From Fidelibacterota bacterium UBA6630 (GTDB taxonomy: Bacteria > Fidelibacterota > Marinisomatia > Marinisomatales > TCS55), in assembly GCA_002455835.1 (NCBI GenBank), contig DKLW01000032.1:1-56292 (forward strand): DNA of 56,292 nucleotides. The letters are read 5' to 3'. Positions within the stretch are counted from its first letter, which is position 1, and every line of letters begins with the position of its first letter. The translations under genes were made by a program, and so were the position numbers. This document shows, one piece after another, positions 31,085-39,992 of this stretch. Under the pieces are notes generated by a model, which searched no databases, had not been told where the DNA came from, and saw only the letters and a program-made list of their open reading frames with translations.

Positions 31085-32898
31085 TACATGCTATTTAGTA
31101 AGTGTTGGTAATTCACAGTCACCACCTTACGCTTCACCTTCAAAGTGGGCGTAACTTCATCCTTATCTTGATCTAATTCTTTTTCCAATATCCGAAATTT
31201 TTTTATGGCTTCATAGGATGCCAATTCTTTATTCTTTTCCCTGATCACATGATTCAGCAGATCGATCACTTCTTCTTTTTTAGTCAAATCCCCTAAATCC
31301 TGGTAGAGAATTTTCTGGTCCCGGGCAAACTTAGTGATCTCATCTTCATCTAGTGTGACTAGCATGGTGAGATAAGGCTTTTTATCCCCGTGGACAATGG
31401 CTTGGGAAATATATGGACTGGTTTTCATCAAATTTTCAATATTTTGGGGTGCCACATTTTTCCCCCCGGCAGTGATAATAATATCTTTTTTCCTATCGGT
31501 GATGAATAAATAGCCATCCTCATCTACATGGCCCACATCACCGGTATGTAGCCAAAAACCCCCTTCATCATCGGGCCTTAGTAACTCATTTGTGGCTTCC
31601 TGATTTTTGTAATAACCCTTAATATTTTGTTCCCCGCGGCAGCAGATCTCACCATCTTCCATGATCTTGATTTCAGTCCCTTTAATCGGTAACCCCACGG
31701 AACCAATTCTAGTTTTTCCCTCAGATTGAGTGGTAATGACTCCAGATGTTTCGGTCATGCCATAGGCTTCATATACTTCCAGCCCCACCCAATTGAAAAA
31801 GTGGATAATTTCTTTTGATATTGGCGCGGCACCTGTAAGCATACAACGAATGTTTCCACCGAATATATTTTTTATTTTATCTAAAACCAGTAAACGGGCA
31901 ATTCTTATTTTTAATCTTAGCCAAATGTTTGAATGAATACCGGCTATTTTATTATCACTGGCAGCTTTTCCGATATCGATTGCCCAGTGAAATATCTTTT
32001 TTTGGAACCACGTAGCGTCTCCAATCCCTGTCATGATTTTGGCATAAAATTTTTCCCACACCCTGGGAGTACCAAACACAACCGTCGGTCCTGTTTGACG
32101 GATATTCTGGGGCATATCTTCAATGCTTTCAGCAAAAGCAGCAGGATGACCTGTAAATAAGCGAATAAAGTGTCCCACCAGTCGTTCTGCAATGTGGGCC
32201 ATGGGCAGAAAACAAACATAAAAATCATCCCTAGTCACCCCGATTGCTTTGGGCAATTCTCTGGCGCATGAAATAATATTCCGGCTGGTGTACATCCCCG
32301 CTTTGGGGTTTCCTGTTGTCCCTGAGGTGTATGTAAAACTAATCAGATCATCCGGCTGACTGGATATAATTAATTGTTCAAATTGGTTTTCATGTGTTTT
32401 TCCATATTCACGCCCCAGTTCAATAAATGATTTTAATGAATAGACATTTGGAAGATCTGCCGGGTAGTAATGATCAAATACTATAATCTTTTTAATGTTG
32501 GGTAATTGGTCCCAATTAGCTAACATTTTATCTAATTGTTCCTGATCTTCTACAAAAGCGAATAAACTATCACTTTGGTTCGCGATATAAAAAACCTGTT
32601 CATTGGTATTAGAGTGATAGATGGGCACCGTGACACATCCAATAGATATAATCCCCATATCACACATAACCCATTCGGGTCGCGTTTGACTCAAGATGGA
32701 TATTTTTTCCCCTTTTTTAATTCCCGATGCAAGCAATCCATTTCCAATATTTCTTGTAATTGCGCCATACTCAGCCCAGGTTAAGGATTTCCATAAACCA
32801 TCCTGTTTTTCCCAAATCGATATATCATCAGAGAATTCAGTTACCTGACGCCAAAACAATTTGGGAATGGTATTATAAAAATTATAATCAATCTCCAT
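31081..32898 (-). CDS. Long-chain acyl-CoA synthetase (AMP-forming, ACSL/FadD-like)
   Basis: YTSGTTGNPKAG, AYGMTETSG, TGDVGHVDEDGYLFITDRKKD, TPTLKVKRK. ATG at 32898 shares one base with the livF stop; the track start at 32910 is GTG. Confidence 0.85.
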   Translation of the reverse strand: MEIDYNFYNTIPKLFWRQVTEFSDDISIWEKQDGLWKSLTWAEYGAITRNIGNGLLASGIKKGEKISILSQTRPEWVMCDMGIISIGCVTVPIYHSNTNEQVFYIANQSDSLFAFVEDQEQLDKMLANWDQLPNIKKIIVFDHYYPADLPNVYSLKSFIELGREYGKTHENQFEQLIISSQPDDLISFTYTSGTTGNPKAGMYTSRNIISCARELPKAIGVTRDDFYVCFLPMAHIAERLVGHFIRLFTGHPAAFAESIEDMPQNIRQTGPTVVFGTPRVWEKFYAKIMTGIGDATWFQKKIFHWAIDIGKAASDNKIAGIHSNIWLRLKIRIARLLVLDKIKNIFGGNIRCMLTGAAPISKEIIHFFNWVGLEVYEAYGMTETSGVITTQSEGKTRIGSVGLPIKGTEIKIMEDGEICCRGEQNIKGYYKNQEATNELLRPDDEGGFWLHTGDVGHVDEDGYLFITDRKKDIIITAGGKNVAPQNIENLMKTSPYISQAIVHGDKKPYLTMLVTLDEDEITKFARDQKILYQDLGDLTKKEEVIDLLNHVIREKNKELASYEAIKKFRILEKELDQDKDEVTPTLKVKRKVVTVNYQHLLNSMY

Positions 32899-33638
32899 CA
32901 GCCACTCCACACTTTCGCCCTGCGATTATATTTTCCTTCGCCCAAATATTGCTCCCGCACTTTTTCTTCTTCCAATAAATCTTTGTATGTACCACTTAAA
33001 AATATTTTTCCCGTTGTAAGGACATAACCGTAATCCGCTATTTTTAATGCCTGATTAACATTTTGCTCTACCATCAAAATAGTAACACCGCTTTCATGCA
33101 ATTCTTTAATAGTGGCGAAAATATCCTGGACCAGTAATGGAGAAAGCCCCAAAGACGGTTCATCTAATAATAACAGTTTAGGTTTCAGCATTAGGGCACG
33201 TGAAATGGCCAGCATTTGTTGTTCCCCACCACTCATATTCCCTGCCTGCTGGGTCTTTCTTTTTTTCAAGATTGGAAAATGTTGAAAGGCTTCTTCCATA
33301 CGTTCATGAATCAAATCATCATCTTTTAAGAGGAAGCCGCCCATTAGGAGATTTTCATATACGGTCAATTCTGAAAAAATTCGGCGCCATTCAGGAACAT
33401 GGCCGATACTCAATTTAACAATATCTTCTGAATCCATTTGGTCAATCCGCCGACCTTTGAAATGGATTGTGCCATATTCAGGCTTCACCAAACCAGTTAT
33501 GGATTTAAGGATAGTGGATTTTCCTGCCCCATTCGCACCCAGGATACATACCAATTGTCCTTCCAACACTTCTAAAGAGATACCGTGGAGTGCTTTAATT
33601 TTACCGTAAAACGTTTCTACACCGATCAGTTTAAGCAT
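32898..33638 (-). CDS. livF: LIV-type ABC transporter ATP-binding protein (LivF-like)
   Basis: Walker A GANGAGKST, signature MSGGEQQML, Walker B LLLDEPS. 8-nt overlap with livG. Confidence 0.85.
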   Translation of the reverse strand: MLKLIGVETFYGKIKALHGISLEVLEGQLVCILGANGAGKSTILKSITGLVKPEYGTIHFKGRRIDQMDSEDIVKLSIGHVPEWRRIFSELTVYENLLMGGFLLKDDDLIHERMEEAFQHFPILKKRKTQQAGNMSGGEQQMLAISRALMLKPKLLLLDEPSLGLSPLLVQDIFATIKELHESGVTILMVEQNVNQALKIADYGYVLTTGKIFLSGTYKDLLEEEKVREQYLGEGKYNRRAKVWSG

Positions 33639-34392
33639 CGAATCCTTCTCCTAGATAGGCTTTCAATACTTCCGGATGATTTTTTACTTCCTCTGGTTTT
33701 CCAATAGTAATAATCTCCCCTGATTCCAATACACCAATGCGATCGGATATACTCATGACCAAATTCATGTCATGTTCAACCACTAATACTGTAATTCTCA
33801 GTTTTTCGCGAATTTCCCTGATGATCCGGGCAATTTCAAAGGTTTCCTGCTCATTCATCCCCGCAGCCGGTTCATCCATTAGAATAAGTCTCGGTTGAGA
33901 GATCAGGGCCCGGGCAACCTCAACCAGTTTCTGGATGCCGTAGGGTTGACCGCTCATAAATTTGGATTCGTAATTTACGATTCCTAGAAAATCCATAACC
34001 TTTAATGCCATTGCTTCTTCTTTTTCTCGGTTCCCCGGCAAAAACCATCTTTTGAGTGTGAATTGGGTATCTATCCTGTTATGGGCACCCAGGAGTACAT
34101 TATCCAATACGGTCATGAAGGGTACGTTTTGTATATTTTGAAATGTTCGCGATATCCCTGCTTCAATTATATTGTGGGGTGCAGATTTAACTAAATCCGT
34201 ATCATTATATGAAATACTTCCCTCCTGAGGACGGTTAAAGCCATTGATACAGTTAAATAATGTGGATTTTCCAGAACCATTTGGGCCAATTAATGAAAAT
34301 ATTTCACCTTGATTCACATTTAAGGATACTTCACTCAAAGCAACCACACCAGAAAAACGCATGGTTACATTATTAATGACTAGTTCATTCAT
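33631..34392 (-). CDS. livG: LIV-type ABC transporter ATP-binding protein (LivG-like)
   Basis: GPNGSGKST, LILMDEPAAGM. I prefer ATG at 34392 (MNELVINNVTMRF), because the longer start at 34431 lies inside an intercistronic hairpin and adds a Trp/Cys/His-rich extension. Confidence 0.85.
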   Translation of the reverse strand: MNELVINNVTMRFSGVVALSEVSLNVNQGEIFSLIGPNGSGKSTLFNCINGFNRPQEGSISYNDTDLVKSAPHNIIEAGISRTFQNIQNVPFMTVLDNVLLGAHNRIDTQFTLKRWFLPGNREKEEAMALKVMDFLGIVNYESKFMSGQPYGIQKLVEVARALISQPRLILMDEPAAGMNEQETFEIARIIREIREKLRITVLVVEHDMNLVMSISDRIGVLESGEIITIGKPEEVKNHPEVLKAYLGEGFDA

Positions 34393-34402
34393 AATCAGAA
34401 AA

Positions 34403-34431
34403 ATGGGGCACCAATAATATGGATGCCCCAT
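34403..34431 (-). promoter_or_regulatory. Intercistronic stem-loop between the substrate-binding protein gene and livG
   Basis: ATGGGGCACCA-ataata-TGGATGCCCCAT (11 bp with one bulged A), located in the 57-nt gap after the SBP stop. Confidence 0.5.
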
Positions 34432-34449
34432 AATTATTTTACTTCAAGT

Positions 34450-35619
34450 TTATTTAATCCAGCCAGTGATGGGTAATTGAATACCATCTTTAATCTGAAT
34501 CAAGATCACCGCCTCTGCACCACCATGATCGTTTCTATTATACGTTAATGGCTGTATACCTGCACCATCCCAATTGTTGAATGTTTCCATTCCACGAATC
34601 AATTTTTTTCTTGTTGGCTTTTTCCCTGCACGTCTTAATCCTTCAACCAAAACAATGGCTGTTGAAAAACCATAGTAATGGTACATGCCCATCATCGCTT
34701 CTGGAACGTCAGCTTTTTCACACAATTCACGATATAATTTGGGTACATTATCATCTGAATTCCAAAGCGGAGCAAAGTTTGCAGATATAAATCCTTCACC
34801 GGCAGTACCGGCAGCCAAAGATACCCTATGATCCATGGTGGGGCTGATACCCATAAACTGAGGGGCATAACCCATCGCTTCGGCCGTTTTCATAATAATG
34901 ATGGGTTCTTTTACTATACCTGCTATTATTACATGTGTACATCCACCTTTCATCATGTTCATAACTTGACCAGCAAAATCGGTAGCACCCCGTTGGAAAC
35001 TTTCTTTTTGAACTGTTATTCCCATCTCTGCTTCTGACTCTTCAACACCTTTTAGTACATTTTCGCCATAATCGTCATCCTGATAAATGACGCCAATCAC
35101 AGCATTTTCATCTATTTCCTTAGCATAGTCAATTAAAATACTCGCTTGAATATCATACCCTGTATCAGTAGGAAAAATATATTCAGCAGCTGGACGACTC
35201 ATATCAGACATAGTACCCGATTGTGTTGCAGGTGCAATTAAGGGTATTTCTGACTCTGCTAATAGGGGACGAACTGCTTCAACTGGTGATGTGCCTATCA
35301 CATTATAGAGGCAAAACACTTGTTCTTTTTCGATTAATTTCTTTACAGCTACCACCGTTTTCTGTGGATTGTATTGGGCATCCTCAACAAGCATCCTAAT
35401 TTTGCGACCATGGACCCCGCCATTATCATTAATATAATCAAAATATAGGTTTGATCCGGCAGGGAGGATTTTGCCCAATTCTTTCATTGGGCCACTTAAA
35501 TCCTGCACATTTCCAATTAGAATTTCATTTTCAGTAACACCAGGAGATTCGGCTGCACCACCACACCCAATCAAACTGAACATAGTTATTGATATTATTA
35601 TTGTCATTAGTCGTTTCAT
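34450..35619 (-). CDS. ABC substrate-binding lipoprotein, LivJ/K (Peripla_BP_6) type
   Basis: Lipobox LIGCGG. Type-I periplasmic binding fold pattern (ILIGNVQDLSGPM..., GGVHGRKI). Confidence 0.8.
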   Translation of the reverse strand: MKRLMTIIISITMFSLIGCGGAAESPGVTENEILIGNVQDLSGPMKELGKILPAGSNLYFDYINDNGGVHGRKIRMLVEDAQYNPQKTVVAVKKLIEKEQVFCLYNVIGTSPVEAVRPLLAESEIPLIAPATQSGTMSDMSRPAAEYIFPTDTGYDIQASILIDYAKEIDENAVIGVIYQDDDYGENVLKGVEESEAEMGITVQKESFQRGATDFAGQVMNMMKGGCTHVIIAGIVKEPIIIMKTAEAMGYAPQFMGISPTMDHRVSLAAGTAGEGFISANFAPLWNSDDNVPKLYRELCEKADVPEAMMGMYHYYGFSTAIVLVEGLRRAGKKPTRKKLIRGMETFNNWDGAGIQPLTYNRNDHGGAEAVILIQIKDGIQLPITGWIK

Positions 35620-35634
35620 TCTAGATACTCCTTT

Positions 35635-36669
35635 TTAAGTGAATCTTTGCTTTGGATTAAATGGAAACAATTTCCAATAAATTCGTATCTTTAGCCACAT
35701 TCCATATAATCCTGTGGGCTGAAAAATAATAAATAGGAACATTACAAGACCAAAAATAAAAGATTCCATTTCCCCAGATTCGATGCTAAACATGGTATGG
35801 AGAAGTGTCTCTAGTTCAGGAACGAATAAATTGTCTAAAAGGACAATAAATATAGTCCCAAGAACAGCGCCATAAACCGTACCCGCCCCGCCCACCAAGA
35901 CCATAATGATAAAATAAATGGACAACATACTATCAAAATGATCGGTGGAAATAAAGTGATTGGTGTGTGCCATAAGAACACCGGATAATCCGGCCAAGGA
36001 TCCGGAAATAAAAAATGAAAACATTTTATATTTAGCCAAATTGATTCCAGATGCTTCCGCTGCTTGTTCTGAATCACGGATGGCCATTAAGGCACGGCCA
36101 ATTTTGGATTTTACAATCCGGCGTGCACCAATGATGACTAGGACTGCCAATGTCCAAACCAAAAAATAATTGGCCCAATCTCCTTTGATGGTAAAACCAA
36201 AAATATTAGGCGGTGAAACTACCAAGCCTGCTGACCCTTGAGTCCATTCACGTAAGGCAATGATCAAACGGCGAATGATAAAACCAAACCCCATGGTGGT
36301 GAGCCCCAAGTACATTCCAGAGACACGAAGCGCAGGGAACCCAATAATGAATCCGAAACATCCTGCAATCAAGGGCGACAGAATTAATGAGAACATGAAG
36401 GGTAGTCCAGCCTGATCGACCAAGATAGCGGATGTATAGGCACCAATGGCCATAAAAGCAGCATGCCCCAGTGAAATCAATCCGGCGTATCCGGAGACAA
36501 GATCCAACCCCACTGTTAAAATAATATATATTCCGATTGTATTTAGAATATATATGTAATACTTATAGCTAAATGTCATCCCTTTCAAGGCAAACGGTAT
36601 CAGCAGGACCAATCCGATGAGTAATGGAATCCATTTTAGGTTTTCATCATCATAACGGCCTTTTATCAT
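35635..36669 (-). CDS. livM: LIV-type ABC permease (LivM-like)
   Basis: Polytopic membrane protein with GYAGLISLGHAAFMAIGAY and a typical LivM C-terminal half. ATGA overlap with livH. Confidence 0.85.
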   Translation of the reverse strand: MIKGRYDDENLKWIPLLIGLVLLIPFALKGMTFSYKYYIYILNTIGIYIILTVGLDLVSGYAGLISLGHAAFMAIGAYTSAILVDQAGLPFMFSLILSPLIAGCFGFIIGFPALRVSGMYLGLTTMGFGFIIRRLIIALREWTQGSAGLVVSPPNIFGFTIKGDWANYFLVWTLAVLVIIGARRIVKSKIGRALMAIRDSEQAAEASGINLAKYKMFSFFISGSLAGLSGVLMAHTNHFISTDHFDSMLSIYFIIMVLVGGAGTVYGAVLGTIFIVLLDNLFVPELETLLHTMFSIESGEMESFIFGLVMFLFIIFQPTGLYGMWLKIRIYWKLFPFNPKQRFT

Positions 36670-37595
36670 ACCTTTTTAATCTCCTCTGTACCCAGAATGC
36701 CCGTAGGACGAATCATAAGGACGGCAATGAGCACAATCCACACAATGATATCATTTATTTCTTTCACCCATTGAAAATGGAAGGACAATGTCCCCATACT
36801 CACCGTTTCAATCACCCCTAGTATGATGCCACCAACAATAGCACCGGGAATAGATCCAAATCCGCCCAATACTGCAGCGGGAAATGCTTTTAAACCGAGA
36901 AAACCCATATTTGTATCGATGAGGGATGCTCTCGGAGATAAAAGTACACCACTGATAGCTGCAACTATGGCGGCAAGAATCCAAACCAAAGCATATACCC
37001 GTTTCACAGGTACACCCATGAGTTGGGCTGCGATAGGGTCTTCTGACGTGGCCTGCATGGCAATTCCCCACCGGGTTTTGTTGAAAAAATAATAGAATGC
37101 GGACACGAGGACAATTGCACCAATGATTATAGTCAAATCCAATACAGAAATGATGACGCCACCCAGATTATAATAAGCACCACCAAATAATGATTGGGGC
37201 ACTAGACTTTCAGTACCTGCGATCATGGACACTACAGCTCTGAGCATAATGGCCATGCTGATCGTGGCCATGATAATGGAAAAGACTGGCTCATCCCGCA
37301 ATGGACGATTAATCACTAAATCCAGGAACCAGCCAAATACAATTGCGAATAGAATCGACGCCACTAGACCCATTAAAAACATCCAGCCTGTGGGTACATG
37401 CAGGTCACCCATAATTCCCTGAATGACGAAGAAATTCACATAAGCACCGACCATCATGAGTTCCCCCTGTGCAAAATTCACCACTTCGGTAGCTTTGAAG
37501 ATCAGGATAAAGCCTAGGGCAATGAGCGCATAGATGGAGCCTAAGGCGATGCCGCTGAAAATTTCCTGAGCAAGATCAGTTATGAGTGAATTCAT
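36666..37595 (-). CDS. livH: LIV-type ABC permease (LivH-like)
   Basis: Polytopic membrane protein with NFAQGELMMVGAY and GGFGSIPGAIVGG motifs. Confidence 0.85.
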   Translation of the reverse strand: MNSLITDLAQEIFSGIALGSIYALIALGFILIFKATEVVNFAQGELMMVGAYVNFFVIQGIMGDLHVPTGWMFLMGLVASILFAIVFGWFLDLVINRPLRDEPVFSIIMATISMAIMLRAVVSMIAGTESLVPQSLFGGAYYNLGGVIISVLDLTIIIGAIVLVSAFYYFFNKTRWGIAMQATSEDPIAAQLMGVPVKRVYALVWILAAIVAAISGVLLSPRASLIDTNMGFLGLKAFPAAVLGGFGSIPGAIVGGIILGVIETVSMGTLSFHFQWVKEINDIIVWIVLIAVLMIRPTGILGTEEIKKV

Positions 37596-37762
37596 ATAAA
37601 CTTTAATGTACGATTAGATTTGGATTTTTCCACGGAAGACTTGGCGTCAATCCTACAATAAATAAGAGCTCCATAATAATTAAAAAAGTCCCTCAGAAAA
37701 ATCAAAGGAGCTTTTAAGAGAGGATGAAAATCTAACTAAAGATTATCGGCATCATGTTTTAA

Positions 37763-39961
37763 TCAAATTGCATCAAATAAATAACTGTATTTAATGACGA
37801 ATGACTTTGTACTAGATGCAATAGGAATTCCATCATAATCTTGAGTTTGATTGTAAACAATATATAGTCCTGTTGCTGCTGACTGCTGCCAGATAAAGCG
37901 CCAGTTCATGGACCATTGGTCAGATTGATTGTTATACTGCAATAAGGATTGGAGGTATATTTGTGGCGATAAGGCATAGGTTAACCGAGAACGAATCAAG
38001 TGTGTTATGAAACTGTTGTCAGGAAGAGTCACATCATTATATTTGGAAATCAGCTCCGAGGTAAATCGATTTCCAAATCTTAACCTGATTGTTGTATCTG
38101 TATTTACTCGATTACCATTGAAGAACCCACCAACCTTATTTACCATAACTACGCTCAATGGTTTGGTCAAATTTGTATTAGTTCGAATATGTAATTCTCG
38201 ATTATTATATGTTTCTTTGGGTACAATAACACCTTTTACAATCTCAAATGGATCTGTGACCCCTTCCTTTGTGAAGTTGATTCCTGTATCAATCCTAAAT
38301 CCATTTCTGAATTCCCAATGGCTATCAATATGAAGAAATCCTGTTTGATGGAATCCATTTAATTTCCAATACCCCCAATATGTTATATGTGGCCGAATTT
38401 CCAACAGTCCAAACAAATCTTTGGGTCGGGTACGGTTCAAAATCCGAAACAATATTTTTCGGTACCCCTGACGTTTAACAAAACCCATCTGCGGATTGAA
38501 ATTTTCTCCAACTTCAGAATATCTAATTTGATTGGTAAAAGATTGAGTATTACGATTCGCTTCAAGAACATACGCATAATTACCTCCTGTATCCTCAGCT
38601 CCAGGCAATGGTTCTGTTCTGGCTGCAAATCCGATCAATTGAATAGTTTTGCCAATTCCTAATGCACCGTCAACTGAATAAGATGTACTGGTAACTCCGT
38701 CGGGGCCAAGACCTTGTCTATTTGTAACCATAGTTCCATAATGAGTTCTGTTAGGTAGCTCTTTTCTTAAACGAAAAACACCATAATTATCCCCATCAGA
38801 TACATTTTTTACCTTTTGGGTACGCATATTCAATAAGCCAACCTTCATACCGGCTATATCACCGGTTAAACGGCCACCACCCAGAATTGGGACTTGATTT
38901 CCATTCACAATGCCAATCCTACGGCTGAAAAACATTTCAATATCAGGACCATAATAGGTGTTTTCTCCTGCAGAAAAAAGTCCTGCATTTTCTAAAAAAA
39001 ATGCACGTTTCTCAGGGAAGAATAAACTAAACCGATCCAAATTAATTTGCTGTTCATCTGCTTCAACCTGTGCAAAGTCTGTATTATATGTGAGATCCAG
39101 TGTAAGGCTGGAGGTAATACCTACCTTAGCATCTAATCCAAAATCTTGAGCGGATGTGCTGTATGATTCGTCACCTTTTACATTATTGCGGTTTGCTAAT
39201 CCATATGGCATCAGTTTTACATTTCGGTTCGAGGGTACATTAATGCCAGTAATGGTACCTGCCAATGCAAGCCGATTTAAACTAAATTGACGCGGGATTG
39301 GAGACCAATAGGCATGCTCATTTTTCCTTGCTATCGTTCGTTGAAAATTTGCCCCCCAAGATTGATCTTTTTCTCCAGAAAAACGCAAAGTTTTGAATGG
39401 AATAGCGAATTCGGCACTCCAACCATAATCACCGATCTCTGTTTTTACTTCCCATGCCGCATCCCAGTTAATATTGAAATTAGCACCCGTACCAACAGAC
39501 TGTCGCGTACTGCTAATGGACATCCCTTCACCACCGCCGCTTACTTGAGCATCGTATTCAATTCCACCCGCATTGGTCCCAAACACAAATCCATTTTGTT
39601 GATCCTGAAATGTATCCAAAATGAACATAAAACTATCGGTATTGTTCAAAGGTGAATCCCGCCTTGTGTCAGAGATAACAATAGCATTAGGATTTGTGTC
39701 AAAACATACAACAGATACAAAAAACATATTATCAGAATACATAACTCGGACAGATGTTTGCTCTGTGATTGCTTGCCCTTCATCGGGAGTTTTTTGTGTA
39801 AATGAAACAATAGGTTTTATGGAAGACCAAGCTTCATCATTTAGAACATTTCCATCAATAATCGGTAGTTTTGTGGAATGATCAACTGAGTATATAATTT
39901 CTGCTATTAAAATATTAAATGCGGTTATAAATAAGATGATTGAATTAAAAAATAATTTCAC
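37763..39961 (-). CDS. CBM9-like/DUF5916-type secreted (probable outer-membrane beta-barrel) protein, paralogue B
   Basis: Signal peptide. N-terminal DGNVLNDEAW box, then long beta-rich sequence with DLTYNTDFAQVEADEQQINLDRFSLFFPEKRAFFLENAGLFS. C-terminus IKYSYLFDAI. GTG start. Confidence 0.6.
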   Translation of the reverse strand: MKLFFNSIILFITAFNILIAEIIYSVDHSTKLPIIDGNVLNDEAWSSIKPIVSFTQKTPDEGQAITEQTSVRVMYSDNMFFVSVVCFDTNPNAIVISDTRRDSPLNNTDSFMFILDTFQDQQNGFVFGTNAGGIEYDAQVSGGGEGMSISSTRQSVGTGANFNINWDAAWEVKTEIGDYGWSAEFAIPFKTLRFSGEKDQSWGANFQRTIARKNEHAYWSPIPRQFSLNRLALAGTITGINVPSNRNVKLMPYGLANRNNVKGDESYSTSAQDFGLDAKVGITSSLTLDLTYNTDFAQVEADEQQINLDRFSLFFPEKRAFFLENAGLFSAGENTYYGPDIEMFFSRRIGIVNGNQVPILGGGRLTGDIAGMKVGLLNMRTQKVKNVSDGDNYGVFRLRKELPNRTHYGTMVTNRQGLGPDGVTSTSYSVDGALGIGKTIQLIGFAARTEPLPGAEDTGGNYAYVLEANRNTQSFTNQIRYSEVGENFNPQMGFVKRQGYRKILFRILNRTRPKDLFGLLEIRPHITYWGYWKLNGFHQTGFLHIDSHWEFRNGFRIDTGINFTKEGVTDPFEIVKGVIVPKETYNNRELHIRTNTNLTKPLSVVMVNKVGGFFNGNRVNTDTTIRLRFGNRFTSELISKYNDVTLPDNSFITHLIRSRLTYALSPQIYLQSLLQYNNQSDQWSMNWRFIWQQSAATGLYIVYNQTQDYDGIPIASSTKSFVIKYSYLFDAI

Positions 39962-39992
39962 AGGTTTTCGAAGGTTTAAAGTTTTTTACTTT

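Noticed and set aside
37596-37762. Possible terminator or long-loop hairpin (AAGAGCTCC ... GGAGCTTTT) between DUF5916 paralogue B and livH
   Set aside because: The stem is only 9 bp with a wobble pair and a 34-nt loop, and no clear U-tract follows on the minus strand. This is too weak to call.
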